Below, in pieces: positions 49,324 through 59,438 of a stretch of DNA of 64,000 nucleotides (its first letter is position 1; the number at the start of each line of letters is the position of its first letter). The position numbers and the translations under genes were made by a program. The notes under the pieces are model-generated. The model saw nothing but the letters and a program-made list of their open reading frames with translations, made no database searches and was not told where the DNA came from. The stretch lies in assembly GCA_038227875.1 (NCBI GenBank), contig JBBRPR010000028.1:1-64000 (forward strand), in the 5' to 3' direction. The stretch is from Planctomycetota bacterium (GTDB taxonomy: Bacteria > Planctomycetota > SZUA-567 > H5-PLA8).

Positions 49324-49935
49324 ATGGAACAACTGGATACGACAGACTTTAAGACATTGCGGGCCGAGCTCGAAGCCGGGGTCAAAAACGGCGACGATAC
49401 GGTCCTGCAGCGTTTTTATAATGAGTACTTCGACTTCGTGTACCGCTACGTGCTCTGCCGCGTGGAATACAACCACGCCGACGCGGAAGAGCTGGTCGAA
49501 GAGATCTTCTTTCAGACCTTCCGCGACATCAAGCAATACGATGGCGCCCAACCGCCGTGCCGCTGGATGCTCGGCATCGCGCGCAACCGCATTGTCGACC
49601 GCTACCGCCGCAAAGGCCGCAAGCCGGTCGTCGAGCTGCTCTTCAGCCAGTTCGACGAACAGTTCGCGCGGCGGCTGTTCAATCTGGAAGCGCAGGAACT
49701 TCCCGATACGGAGATGGAACGCTCCGAGCTGGCGGTGATCGTCGAACTGATCCTTTCCCAACTGCCCAAAGATTACGAACGCGTGTTGCGCCTGCGTTAT
49801 TTGGAAGACAAGCCGGTGAAGGAACTCGCCGCCGACTTGAACACCACACCGAAGGCCGCCGAAGCGCTGCTCTTCCGCGCGCGCAACACCTTCCGCGATG
49901 CCTTCCGCATCGCCGAGAAAAACCTCGCTTTCTAA
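49324..49935 (+). CDS. ECF-type RNA polymerase sigma factor
   Basis: Region 2 (DAEELVEEIF, WMLGIARNRIVDRYR) and region 4 (LP..YERVLRLRYLE...KELA, LFRAR). Confidence 0.93.
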   Translation: MEQLDTTDFKTLRAELEAGVKNGDDTVLQRFYNEYFDFVYRYVLCRVEYNHADAEELVEEIFFQTFRDIKQYDGAQPPCRWMLGIARNRIVDRYRRKGRKPVVELLFSQFDEQFARRLFNLEAQELPDTEMERSELAVIVELILSQLPKDYERVLRLRYLEDKPVKELAADLNTTPKAAEALLFRARNTFRDAFRIAEKNLAF

Positions 49936-49963
49936 AATTTGAATTCACGACTGGAGCTCGACC

Positions 49964-52900
49964 ATGGACGGACCGCACGAACCACAAGACCTTCTCGACA
50001 AGAACATCACCAAACTGGTGCGCGGCGCGAAACCCGTCGAACCGGCGCGCGCGGGCGCTCAGGAACGCGTCTTCGGAAATGTGATGAACCGCCTCGGCGC
50101 GTCGCAGCGTCGCCAGGCCAAATCGCAATTCTGGACCATCGCCGTCGCCTCCGCCGCGTGCCTGGCACTCGGCGCGCTGTTGTTTACGCAGTTTTTTGCG
50201 CGCAAGGACGATACGTACGGCGCAGTCCCGGTGAGAGCGCCGCGCAAACTGGCCGTTCAGACCGTGCCGGTGACGCCCACACCGAATCCGGCGCCGACGC
50301 CTGAACTCGCCTCGACAGCGCAGTCGATGCAGATCGAAACGCTCGAAGAGCAAACCGCTCAACGCAAGCTCAGCGACGGCAGCGTGCTCGACGTCGCGGC
50401 CAATAGCCGCGTCGAAGTGCTCACGCCCGTCGATCCCACGCAGCGCCCGGAAGTCCGCATCCGTTCCGGCGAAGTGAGCTTCAACATTCCGCGCGGCAAT
50501 GGACGCGTGCTGATTCACTCCTCCGCCGGCGATGTGCTAGTCAACAACGCGCAGCTGAAGGTGGCCGTGGCGAAGACTACCGCACCGGTGCTGGAGCAGA
50601 ACTTCAACGGCCCGCCAACAATGGCGGCGCTGGCCTCATCGGCGCCGAAAGTCGCGATGAACGTCGCGGTAATCCGCGGCGAAGCGATTCTGCGTGAAAC
50701 GATCGGCAACGAAAAGCTGCTCGTCACCGGCGATACGTCCACCGTCGGTGGACAGAACGAAACTGCGTCCGCGGGCGTCGAGCACTGCCGCAGCGGTTCG
50801 CTGGTGCCGAAGCTCGAAGACGGCACGCAGGGCCAGCCGTTGGAAGTGCGCCGGCACATCGTCAAAGCTTCGATCACCGAACAGATTGCGCTCGTGGAGG
50901 TCGACGAGACCTTCTACAACCCGGGTAACCAGCGCATCGAAGGAACATTCGTTTTCCCGCTGCCCCACGATGCCACGATCTGCCGCCTGGCGATGTACGT
51001 CGGCGACAATCTGATGGAAGGCGAAATCGCCGAAGCGCAGCGCGCACGCCGTACATTTGAAGCGCTGAAAGTGCAGCAGGTCGATCCGGCGCTGCTGGAA
51101 TGGGCTGGCGGCAATATGTTCAAGATGCGCATCTTCCCGATTGAACCGAAGAGCGAAAAGCGCGTCCTCATCAGCTACTACGAAGTGCTGAAGAAGGACC
51201 ACGGCCGCATCAACTTCAGCTACCCGCTGGCGTCGGAAGCCACGCAGAAAAGCCCGGTCGGCGAAGTCAACGTTTCCGTCACGGTCGACTCGACGCCAGA
51301 GATTCAGAACCCGACCGTCCCCGGCTACGACACTGCTGTGCTCAAGGCTGCGGCCAACCATCTCGATGTTTCGTACGTCGCCAAAGCAGTGACGCCCGAC
51401 AAGGATTTTTCGCTGACCTACCAGACAGGCAAGAACGCGCCGCTGGTCACGGTGCCCTACTGGCATGCCAAGCGGAACGAAGGTTACTTCGTGATGATCT
51501 TCTCTCCGGAACTGGAGCAGACGTCGTCGGAGAAACATCGCCCAAGCAACTTTGTCTTCGTCGTCGACAAGTCCGGCGGACTCGGCGCGCGCCAGCTGGC
51601 GCTTGCGGTGCGCACGGTCAAGGGCGCGCTCACCTACCTCACGCCCAACGATCACTTCAGCATCGTCGCCTACGACACCGCGGCGAAGAAATTTCAGAAG
51701 GAGCTCGTGACCGCGTCGCCGAAGTCCATCTCGGAAGCCAGCACGTGGCTCGACAGCCTGGAATCGTTCGGCGCCAGCGATCTGACGCAAGCCTGGAAGG
51801 CCGCGTCCGATTTGACCACTGGCGGCACGACGCAGATCGTCTACTGCGGCAGCGGGCTCAGCTCGCTGACCAGCACGCAATCCGGAAAACTGCTGGCCGA
51901 TGCCGATGCCGCCTTCACGGGAAAAGACGTGCGCGTCCACTGCCTGCCGCTGGGGACGATGCAGGACCTGACGTTTCTCAATGAACTCGCGAAGAAGTAC
52001 AGCGGCACGGTGCGCCCGATTAAAGATGCCGACGACGCCACGACCGCGACCTCGGAACTGCTCGAAGATTTCGCCTGGCCGCTCTACAAGAATGTGCAGC
52101 TGGCCTTCGACGGCATTTCCGTGGGCGAAGTGTATCCGCTGGCGCTGCCCAACGTGACCGCCGGCCGCCAGTTGCTGGTCTTCGGAAAATACAAGAACGC
52201 CGCGAACGGCACGGTGAAGCTGACGGCCTCCCGCGACGGCGAACCGTTCACGCAGGAATTGAAAGTGAATCTGGGCCTGGACGCGACGCACAACTTCGTG
52301 CCGAAACTCTGGGCGACTCAGCGCATCGCGCAGTTGCAGCTCGACGTGAGCAGCGCGGCGCCGGAGGACGCCAAGCAAATCGTCAATGATGTGGTCGAGA
52401 CGTCCAAGCGCTACCGCGTGATGAGCCAGTACACGTCCTTTCTGGTGCTGGAGACGGCTGAGGACTATCTGCGCTACGGCATCGAACGCCGCCCCGACGA
52501 ATTCGATCCCAATGCGACACAGGATATCATTGAAGAATTGTCGGAGTTCGCGGGCGCTGCCGCGCCGCCCAAGCCTGCCGCTGCCAACGGTGAGTTCGGT
52601 GGCCTCAGGCAGCAGCAACTCCAGGGCGGCAAGGCCGGCAATGCAAAGAACGATATGAAGGATGAGCCCCAATCGGATGAATCGGAACGCCGACAGTCCT
52701 CTGGCTCCGATCGATTCGCAGCCCAGGACGCGCTGAAACGCTTGTCGAGCAACGACGGTGTTGAAGCGGGAAAATTCAAACAAGCAAATCTCCATTCCGC
52801 ACTGCGAGAGACGACAGAAAAAGAGGCCAAAGCACTGGAGTGGTCCGACAGCGACAAGTCGGCCAACCGTCTGGAAGGCGGCGACGATGCCAAAGCCGAG

Positions 52901-53824
52901 CGTCGCAAGAGTGCAGCGGCTCCGGCACAGGCACGTCGCGGGTTGGCGCTGCAGGACATCGAGACGCTGTCGTGGGAACGGCAGGATCTCTTCCCGGTGA
53001 TTGACCACGCCACGCTGCCGGCCTGGAATCAGCGGAATGCGCACAGCACCGAAAAGGCCATGAAGATCCTGAAAGGTCTGAGCAGCCGCTTTGACACGCT
53101 CTCGCTCTCGGTTACGGCCTACACGCTCGACGCGAAAAAGCAGGAAGTGAAGCAGGGCCGCGAACGCGCCATCGTGCTGGACCGCACGACCGGTGCGTTC
53201 AACAGCCGGTTCATGGGCGCGGATTTCGCCGACATCTGCGACGGCAAGATCTACTACCGCCTCTTCCCGCAACTCAAGTACGCGGTGCGCAGCGCGGCGA
53301 CGGAGAACGATCTGTCCGCGCTGGGCAATCAGCTTCCGGGCTACCTGATGCCGTGGGCCGAAGCGCTCGATCAGCAGTTCACCGTCAGCGTCGATCAGGA
53401 TACGGAAGAGGGCGTGATCCTGCGCCTGGTCGATCGCAGCAACATCAACCGCTACACGCTGGTTTACCTTACTTCGAAGACCGGCCCGTTGACGAAGATC
53501 GAAACGTTTGAACGCCGGCGCGTGAACAACGATTTCAAAGTCGTCAACACGCAGACGGTGCTGTGCGAAGACGTCCAGACGATCGGCGATTACAAAATGC
53601 CGCTGACCTTCCGGACCGTGCAGCATAACGACACGGATGTGGTCTCCGTGGTGCGGCTGACAAATGTGAAGATCAACGAGAAGCTGACCGCCGAATCGTT
53701 CAAGCCTGAACTTAGCGCCGACTGGGCCATCCGCGATCAGGACACCCGCCCGGCGCCCGGAGAACAGCGCAGTATCAGCCCGGCCGTAAACCCGTCGCCG
53801 AATTTCGGACCGCGGCGGAACTGA
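49964..53824 (+). CDS. Putative anti-sigma/sensor: TM, FecR-like, VIT, vWA and C-terminal LolA-like domains
   Basis: One TM near the N-terminus; FecR-like LSDGSVLDVAANSRV..SGEV.F; VIT VDETFYNP..RIEGTFVFPLP..A, DPALLEW, RIFPI; vWA FVVDKSGG; LolA-like DICDGK.Y and LTNVKINEKL...F. Confidence 0.82.
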   Translation: MDGPHEPQDLLDKNITKLVRGAKPVEPARAGAQERVFGNVMNRLGASQRRQAKSQFWTIAVASAACLALGALLFTQFFARKDDTYGAVPVRAPRKLAVQTVPVTPTPNPAPTPELASTAQSMQIETLEEQTAQRKLSDGSVLDVAANSRVEVLTPVDPTQRPEVRIRSGEVSFNIPRGNGRVLIHSSAGDVLVNNAQLKVAVAKTTAPVLEQNFNGPPTMAALASSAPKVAMNVAVIRGEAILRETIGNEKLLVTGDTSTVGGQNETASAGVEHCRSGSLVPKLEDGTQGQPLEVRRHIVKASITEQIALVEVDETFYNPGNQRIEGTFVFPLPHDATICRLAMYVGDNLMEGEIAEAQRARRTFEALKVQQVDPALLEWAGGNMFKMRIFPIEPKSEKRVLISYYEVLKKDHGRINFSYPLASEATQKSPVGEVNVSVTVDSTPEIQNPTVPGYDTAVLKAAANHLDVSYVAKAVTPDKDFSLTYQTGKNAPLVTVPYWHAKRNEGYFVMIFSPELEQTSSEKHRPSNFVFVVDKSGGLGARQLALAVRTVKGALTYLTPNDHFSIVAYDTAAKKFQKELVTASPKSISEASTWLDSLESFGASDLTQAWKAASDLTTGGTTQIVYCGSGLSSLTSTQSGKLLADADAAFTGKDVRVHCLPLGTMQDLTFLNELAKKYSGTVRPIKDADDATTATSELLEDFAWPLYKNVQLAFDGISVGEVYPLALPNVTAGRQLLVFGKYKNAANGTVKLTASRDGEPFTQELKVNLGLDATHNFVPKLWATQRIAQLQLDVSSAAPEDAKQIVNDVVETSKRYRVMSQYTSFLVLETAEDYLRYGIERRPDEFDPNATQDIIEELSEFAGAAAPPKPAAANGEFGGLRQQQLQGGKAGNAKNDMKDEPQSDESERRQSSGSDRFAAQDALKRLSSNDGVEAGKFKQANLHSALRETTEKEAKALEWSDSDKSANRLEGGDDAKAERRKSAAAPAQARRGLALQDIETLSWERQDLFPVIDHATLPAWNQRNAHSTEKAMKILKGLSSRFDTLSLSVTAYTLDAKKQEVKQGRERAIVLDRTTGAFNSRFMGADFADICDGKIYYRLFPQLKYAVRSAATENDLSALGNQLPGYLMPWAEALDQQFTVSVDQDTEEGVILRLVDRSNINRYTLVYLTSKTGPLTKIETFERRRVNNDFKVVNTQTVLCEDVQTIGDYKMPLTFRTVQHNDTDVVSVVRLTNVKINEKLTAESFKPELSADWAIRDQDTRPAPGEQRSISPAVNPSPNFGPRRN

Positions 53825-53906
53825 AGTTGAGCGTGTATGAGCCGGCCGCGCGAACGGGTGTTAAGCACCCGTTTGCGCATGAACGAACACTCCACGAGGA
53901 ACTGCG

Positions 53907-56900
53907 ATGCGAAGCCTGCGAATTCTACACCTGCTGTTTCTGATGAGTGGCGTCGCGCTGGCGTGCCCTCTCGCGCGTGCCGAATCGCAGGCCGGAGCAC
54001 AGGCCAAGCTGGCCGATCCGGCGACGGAGGCCAATGCGCTCTTCTCGCTCACGTTCTTCTTCGAACAGGCCGGCCGGCCATTCTCGGCGTTGAAAGCCAT
54101 TGAGAAAGCGATTGCGAAGGACGGCAATATTCCGGGTTACTATGCGCGGCAGGGCCAGTTGTTCTTGTCGCGCAAACGCACGCGCGAAGCGGCGGCGGCG
54201 TATGGCCGCGCCGCGGACATGGATCCGGCGACCAAATCGTTCCGCGCTGCGCAGGCGCGCGCGCTGGTGAGTTGCTCGATGTTTAAAGAAGCTGCGGCGG
54301 CATGGGATCAGCTGCTGCAGCCAGCGACCGATTCAAAGGAAATTCTCGACGCCGCGCGCAATGTCGCGGAATTGCGCCAGAAGACCGGCGACCTCAGCGC
54401 CGCTGAAAAGGCATGGCAGACCGCGTTTGAAAAATTGTCGAACTGGGACGAACGGCTCCAGGCCGCGGATGCCGAGGCCGCGATCCTGATGCTGGAACGG
54501 GCCGAAGATCGCGCCGTGGCGTTCTGGGGCGCATGGCAGGCCAGCGAGACCGACTGGCAGAAGCGCTCGACGTTAGCAGGAAAAATGGCCGCTTGCGCGC
54601 AAAGCGCCGCGTCCGCCGAATCGCGCGAGCACATCCGCGCGGCGTGGGCGGCGCTGCTGGCTTCCGCGCCCAATGCCGGCAACAAACAGGCGGCCGCCGG
54701 CGAGCTGGGCAGCCTGCTGCTTAAGGACAATCAAGCCGCGGAAGCGCTGAAACTCGTCACGCCGCTGATCTACGGCCCGCCCGCTGTAGACCTGCGTCTG
54801 GCAGCCATTGCGGATGTGGCGCTGGCTGAACAGGGCGACACCGCCGCGCAGATCATGCTCTGGCGCGACTGCGTCGCCGCCAAACCCCCATACGCCGTGC
54901 GCAGCGAGGCCATCAACAGGCTCGTGCCGCTGTTGAAGGATCCCGTTGTCATCACTGCGCTGCGCCGGGAGGCTGTGGCTGCCTACCCCAACGATGCGCC
55001 GCCACAGTTGGACCTGGCGCAGGCGCTGACGACGGAGAAAAAATTCGCCGAAGCCGCCGACGTCACGTACGCGGTCTTTGCGCAGGCGAGATCCGGCAAC
55101 AAAAATAACTCCCGCAATGAAATCCAATATTGGGACACCGTCGTCAATGCCTTCGCCAACGCTCAGGATACGGCGCGGTTGGGTAAGGTAATTGGCGCGG
55201 AGTTCCAGGGCCTGGATATGTGGCGTGTCCAGAATTGGATGAGTTCAATTCAATCGATTTGCGGAGAAACACCCGCAATCGCGCTGGCCGAGCAGCTCGC
55301 AACAGGGGCCAATGGCACGCATGGCATGGCGCGGCTGGGCGCAGCGCAGTACTTGCTCAACGTCTACCTCGACCACGCGCGCGTCCTGCTCGAAGCCATC
55401 GCCAGCGACACCCGCTTGCCCGTCGAAGACCGTCGCCAGGCGCTGGAACAGCTGGGAAATTACGCCATGACACCGGGCGATCACGTGGCGTTGCTGCTGC
55501 GCTCGGTGAACCTCGGCGGTGATTTCTGGCGGCGCTGGAATTCCTACAATCAGCTCGGCATGTACATGGGCATGGATGGGCAGATCGCCGAAGGCATTGA
55601 GATGGTGCGCGGTGCGCGCAAGGTCGCCGAGAACAACCAGACGCCCGCCCCCCAGGCCTTGCGGGCGCTGGGCAGTGGGATTTTTCAGAATCAGGTAGTC
55701 GGGCGCGGGCTGCGCACGACGGAAGGCCTTTCTGCGGCCATCGACGCGACGATCAAGTTTTATCAGGAAGCGTCGGGCGATCCATACTACCAGGGCTGCT
55801 TCGACGATCTCTGCCGCAACCTTGCCGAACTGAAATCGCGCCGCGGCGACACGGCCGGCGCAATCGACCTGCTTCACACGCTCTGCGGCGCGCGCGAAAA
55901 TCCGGCGCTGCGACTGGCTGCCGCCGACCTGATTTCACGCCGCAGCGTCAACAACACCGAGGCGCTCTGGGCCGAGTATCTCGCTTACATCGACGCGTCG
56001 CGCCATCTCTACGCCGAAAGCTTGCGCGCCAACAACCGCAATCACTACTTCACCAACTTCGACGATCGCGTCGTGAAGTTCATTGCCAAAGAGAAAAAAG
56101 AGAAAGCGCTGGCGGACCATTTTGACGCGGTCTTGAACGATAAGCAGAATGGTGAACGCGAAGCGGCCGCCGATGTGCTGCTCTCCTATCAGCGCAACAA
56201 CAATGCGCCGGCCGACATGGTCGCCACGCTCGCGCGCCTGAAGACTCTGGGCATCACCGGGCCGTTTTACGATCAGCAGCGCCAGTGGGCCGACGCGGCA
56301 GTGAAACTCAACAACGCTGGCAGCCGCGCCGACGCGCAACGCCGCGAGCAGCTGTTGAAAGACGTCGACAATTGGAAAGGAATCTTCGCGGCCAATCCGG
56401 AGGATTACCAGGCGGCCTTCAACATCTACAAATCGCTGCAGTTGCTCGGCCGCACCACCGACGGCCGGCCGTTCCTGGAACAGGCGCTGAAAGTCGCGCC
56501 CGGCGATCCGCTCGTACTGGAAATCCACGCGCGTGAGTTGATGCTCGACAAGGCCTACGGCGACGCGGCGAAAGAGTTGAAGCTTGCGGCCACGACGGCC
56601 GGACGGATTGACGACGTCGAAGCGACCATCGCGTCGGCGTACGAATTGTCCGGACACTCCATCGAAGCGATCAAGCTCTCGCTCGATGCCTTGGAACGCG
56701 GCGTCAACAACGGCCAGGGCATCCGCTCGACGCAGGAGCTTCAGGATCTTGCCGAGCGCACCAACGCCCTCGATTTCCTCAAGACGGAATTGACGCAACG
56801 CCTGCAGGCGGCGAAGGAGCGCAAACAGGTTCCGTCCGAAATGATGGCGAACCTCGCGTTGAATGTCGCATGGGAGCGCAACGATACAGCGTTGGCGACG

Positions 56901-59096
56901 CTGGCCGTCGACGCGGTGCTCACACTGGCGTGGCAGCCCTCGTACGAGTGGCAGGCCGAATGGCAATGGCAGCAGTTGGCCCAGACAGCGCAGGAGCGTC
57001 GCCATTTGGAGGACGCCATTCGCATCCACCAGGCGTTGCAGACAGCCAAAACCAACCGGCACGAGCAGCCCAACGAATACGAGTACCGCAACCTCGCCAC
57101 ATTGATGCTGCAGGCCGGGCATGCCGAGGATGCCGCGGAGTTGATGTTCGGCGCACTGGCGCAGGCGTCGCGGCCGCCGGAAGCTTTCGGCGAACAGAGC
57201 GGGCAGCCCGTGCTGTGGAATGTGAAAGGAAACGTGCGTCGCGATGAAGGCCGCCGCTCGCAGCGCAGCCGGCCTGCACCGCATCAAGCGGGTTCCGATC
57301 GCCGCGTCTGGATTGCCGGAATTATTGAAATGGCCGCGCGCGAAGTGGACGGCGGCGCCGACACATTCCGCAAGGCCAGCGGCGATCGTTTCACCGCTCT
57401 GATCGACGAAGAACTGAAGGACATCGCCAACAGTGCGCTGGCCAACGTTCAGAACGCCGTGCCGCTGGGTCTGCGTGACCGCGTGGAGACGGCACTGCGC
57501 GACGCGAGCCAGGCACCCACGGCGACGGCCGATACGTTTGTCAGTCTCGCAACGTGGCGCATGATGCTGGCCGACTACGAAGCCGATCACAAACTACCGC
57601 GCGCGATCAAACTCGAGGACATCGTTCCGGTCGGCAAAGCCGCCATCGATCACGCCGCTGACAGGGAAAAAGTGCGTGTCAGCCTCGTGATTGCGAATCT
57701 GTATCAGGCCCAATTCAATCGCGCTTCCGAACTGCGCCTTCCCGGAATCACCGCGGAATTGGTACTGAGCGCGTACGATGCCGCGCCGGGTCTTGAGACA
57801 CTCCGTCCTGCGCTTCAGTTTGCGAAAAACGCCGGCCTCACCGCACGCCACCTGGCGTATGCGCAACAGCTCCACGCCACGTTCCCGGAATCGTTCTCCG
57901 ACGCCACGACCCTCGCCGACGCTCACCTTCTTATGGGCGATAGCGCCAGTGCTGCCGGCGTCCTCAAGCCTTACCTGGAGAGCCGCAATCAGGAGGCATC
58001 GTACACACAGGCCGCGCAATTGTTTCTCGTGCCGCGGGGCGACAAAGTCGACGCGGGCACCTGGCCGGTTGCCGCCGAGTACTTCTCAAAGGCCATCGCG
58101 CTGCACCAGGCCGCCGTCGGCACGCAGTTGGACGCGCAGGGCAAAGTGCTACCCGACGCCGCGTGCGCGGAGCTGCAGAGCCAGCTCTGCACGGTGCTGG
58201 CGCACAGCGGAAAGTTTGATGCGGCGCTCACTACGCTCTCCGATGCCGCCGCCAACGACGCCAACAATCCCTGGCGCCACGACCGCATCGTGACGCTCGC
58301 GGAGATCTTCAAGAAGGCCGGCAAGCTGAGCGATCTGGCTGCGGCGCTCGATACCAACGTCTCCGCGCAGCCGCGCAACGTGGCGCTGCGTCTGGCGTGC
58401 GCGGATGTCGCGGAGATCTCCGGCGACGATGTTGCGGCGCTTGACGCGCTGAGCGTGGCCAAGGCGATTTCCCCGGACCTTTCCACCGTTAAACGCCTGA
58501 TCGCACAGCAGCGCAAGATGGGCAAGAACGCCGACGCGCTGGCCGAATGCAAAGTCTGGTCGGCCAATTTCTCCAGCGATGAAGAAGCGCACCAGACGCT
58601 CGCCGCGATTTACAAGGACCTGCACGACGACGCCGGCGAACTCCAGGCGCTGACGATGCTGGTCGAAAGCGCGCCGCGCGAAGCCGTGCAGTGCCGCAAG
58701 GTCGCGGTGATGTTCGCCGCGCGCAATGATTACGTTCGCGCGCGTTCGTTGCTGGAACGCGCCGTCGAACTGCGCTCGGAGGAACCCTACCGCGTGATCG
58801 ATCTGGCCGAAGTCTGTTTCCTGGCTGGCGATTTCGCGCGCGCTGAACAGCTCTGCTCGGACGCCCTGGCCCGCGATTGGACGAAGGGACTCAGCCCCGC
58901 GCTGCTGGCGCGGATGCCGCGCTGGAAGGGTACGTTTGAGGACCGCGCGCATGCGATACTCGCCGATGCGTACCAGGCGCAACAGCAGACCGACAAAGCC
59001 GCGCACGAGCGGATGCTGCTGCCGCCGAATTACCAGCGTCCGCCATTGGCGGATGCGGTGCCGGTGCTTGCGCGGAACGGCTTTGCGCCGCGCTGA
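53907..59096 (+). CDS. Giant secreted TPR/alpha-solenoid protein (1729 aa)
   Basis: Signal peptide; many Ala/Leu-rich helical repeats with TPR-like A...Y..A...DP and LE.A....P motifs. Confidence 0.82.
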   Translation: MRSLRILHLLFLMSGVALACPLARAESQAGAQAKLADPATEANALFSLTFFFEQAGRPFSALKAIEKAIAKDGNIPGYYARQGQLFLSRKRTREAAAAYGRAADMDPATKSFRAAQARALVSCSMFKEAAAAWDQLLQPATDSKEILDAARNVAELRQKTGDLSAAEKAWQTAFEKLSNWDERLQAADAEAAILMLERAEDRAVAFWGAWQASETDWQKRSTLAGKMAACAQSAASAESREHIRAAWAALLASAPNAGNKQAAAGELGSLLLKDNQAAEALKLVTPLIYGPPAVDLRLAAIADVALAEQGDTAAQIMLWRDCVAAKPPYAVRSEAINRLVPLLKDPVVITALRREAVAAYPNDAPPQLDLAQALTTEKKFAEAADVTYAVFAQARSGNKNNSRNEIQYWDTVVNAFANAQDTARLGKVIGAEFQGLDMWRVQNWMSSIQSICGETPAIALAEQLATGANGTHGMARLGAAQYLLNVYLDHARVLLEAIASDTRLPVEDRRQALEQLGNYAMTPGDHVALLLRSVNLGGDFWRRWNSYNQLGMYMGMDGQIAEGIEMVRGARKVAENNQTPAPQALRALGSGIFQNQVVGRGLRTTEGLSAAIDATIKFYQEASGDPYYQGCFDDLCRNLAELKSRRGDTAGAIDLLHTLCGARENPALRLAAADLISRRSVNNTEALWAEYLAYIDASRHLYAESLRANNRNHYFTNFDDRVVKFIAKEKKEKALADHFDAVLNDKQNGEREAAADVLLSYQRNNNAPADMVATLARLKTLGITGPFYDQQRQWADAAVKLNNAGSRADAQRREQLLKDVDNWKGIFAANPEDYQAAFNIYKSLQLLGRTTDGRPFLEQALKVAPGDPLVLEIHARELMLDKAYGDAAKELKLAATTAGRIDDVEATIASAYELSGHSIEAIKLSLDALERGVNNGQGIRSTQELQDLAERTNALDFLKTELTQRLQAAKERKQVPSEMMANLALNVAWERNDTALATLAVDAVLTLAWQPSYEWQAEWQWQQLAQTAQERRHLEDAIRIHQALQTAKTNRHEQPNEYEYRNLATLMLQAGHAEDAAELMFGALAQASRPPEAFGEQSGQPVLWNVKGNVRRDEGRRSQRSRPAPHQAGSDRRVWIAGIIEMAAREVDGGADTFRKASGDRFTALIDEELKDIANSALANVQNAVPLGLRDRVETALRDASQAPTATADTFVSLATWRMMLADYEADHKLPRAIKLEDIVPVGKAAIDHAADREKVRVSLVIANLYQAQFNRASELRLPGITAELVLSAYDAAPGLETLRPALQFAKNAGLTARHLAYAQQLHATFPESFSDATTLADAHLLMGDSASAAGVLKPYLESRNQEASYTQAAQLFLVPRGDKVDAGTWPVAAEYFSKAIALHQAAVGTQLDAQGKVLPDAACAELQSQLCTVLAHSGKFDAALTTLSDAAANDANNPWRHDRIVTLAEIFKKAGKLSDLAAALDTNVSAQPRNVALRLACADVAEISGDDVAALDALSVAKAISPDLSTVKRLIAQQRKMGKNADALAECKVWSANFSSDEEAHQTLAAIYKDLHDDAGELQALTMLVESAPREAVQCRKVAVMFAARNDYVRARSLLERAVELRSEEPYRVIDLAEVCFLAGDFARAEQLCSDALARDWTKGLSPALLARMPRWKGTFEDRAHAILADAYQAQQQTDKAAHERMLLPPNYQRPPLADAVPVLARNGFAPR

Positions 59097-59210
59097 GTGA
59101 ATGAAAGCACATTTTAATAACGCAGCTTTATTTCGGGACCCTCCGGCAAATTTGCCGGAGGTAGAATCTACCACGCCGACCTTCGTTCAAATTTGACCGA
59201 AGTTCAACGC

Positions 59211-59271
59211 GTAACGCAGGGATGAATGAAGTTCTTCACTTACGCATAGAACTTCATGCATCCATGGCACC
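59211..59271 (+). repeat. Palindromic REP-like element, copy 4 (diverged, with compensatory changes)
   Basis: GTAACGCAGGGATG-AATGAAGTTCT-TCACTTACGCAT-AGAACTTCATG-CATCCATGGCACC. Confidence 0.8.
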
Positions 59272-59438
59272 CTTGCCTTCCGCGTGCGTTTTTGAATTTT
59301 GAATTATTAATTTTGAATTCGCCGCACGCGCACGTCTATCTGCAAAGTTCAACCTGCGCCGGGACTTGCGGCACGTCGCCGCGGCAATTACAGTCTTCAG
59401 CTCAGGTGCTTTTACACATAGCGGAGATCACCCCACGC

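Noticed and set aside
50636..53626. 996-aa ORF on the minus strand
   Set aside because: It is antisense to the VIT-vWA gene and has no motifs; long shadow ORFs are expected from high-GC codon bias.
291..59271. Repeats considered as a CRISPR array
   Set aside because: The copies are dispersed rather than regularly spaced with unique spacers, and there are no cas genes.
59256..59438. N-terminal extensions given by the ORF track (also 45746-45958, 9208-9276, 23842-23931 and 5214-5249)
   Set aside because: They run through repeats, promoters or neighbouring genes; downstream ATGs fit the signal peptides or domain starts better.
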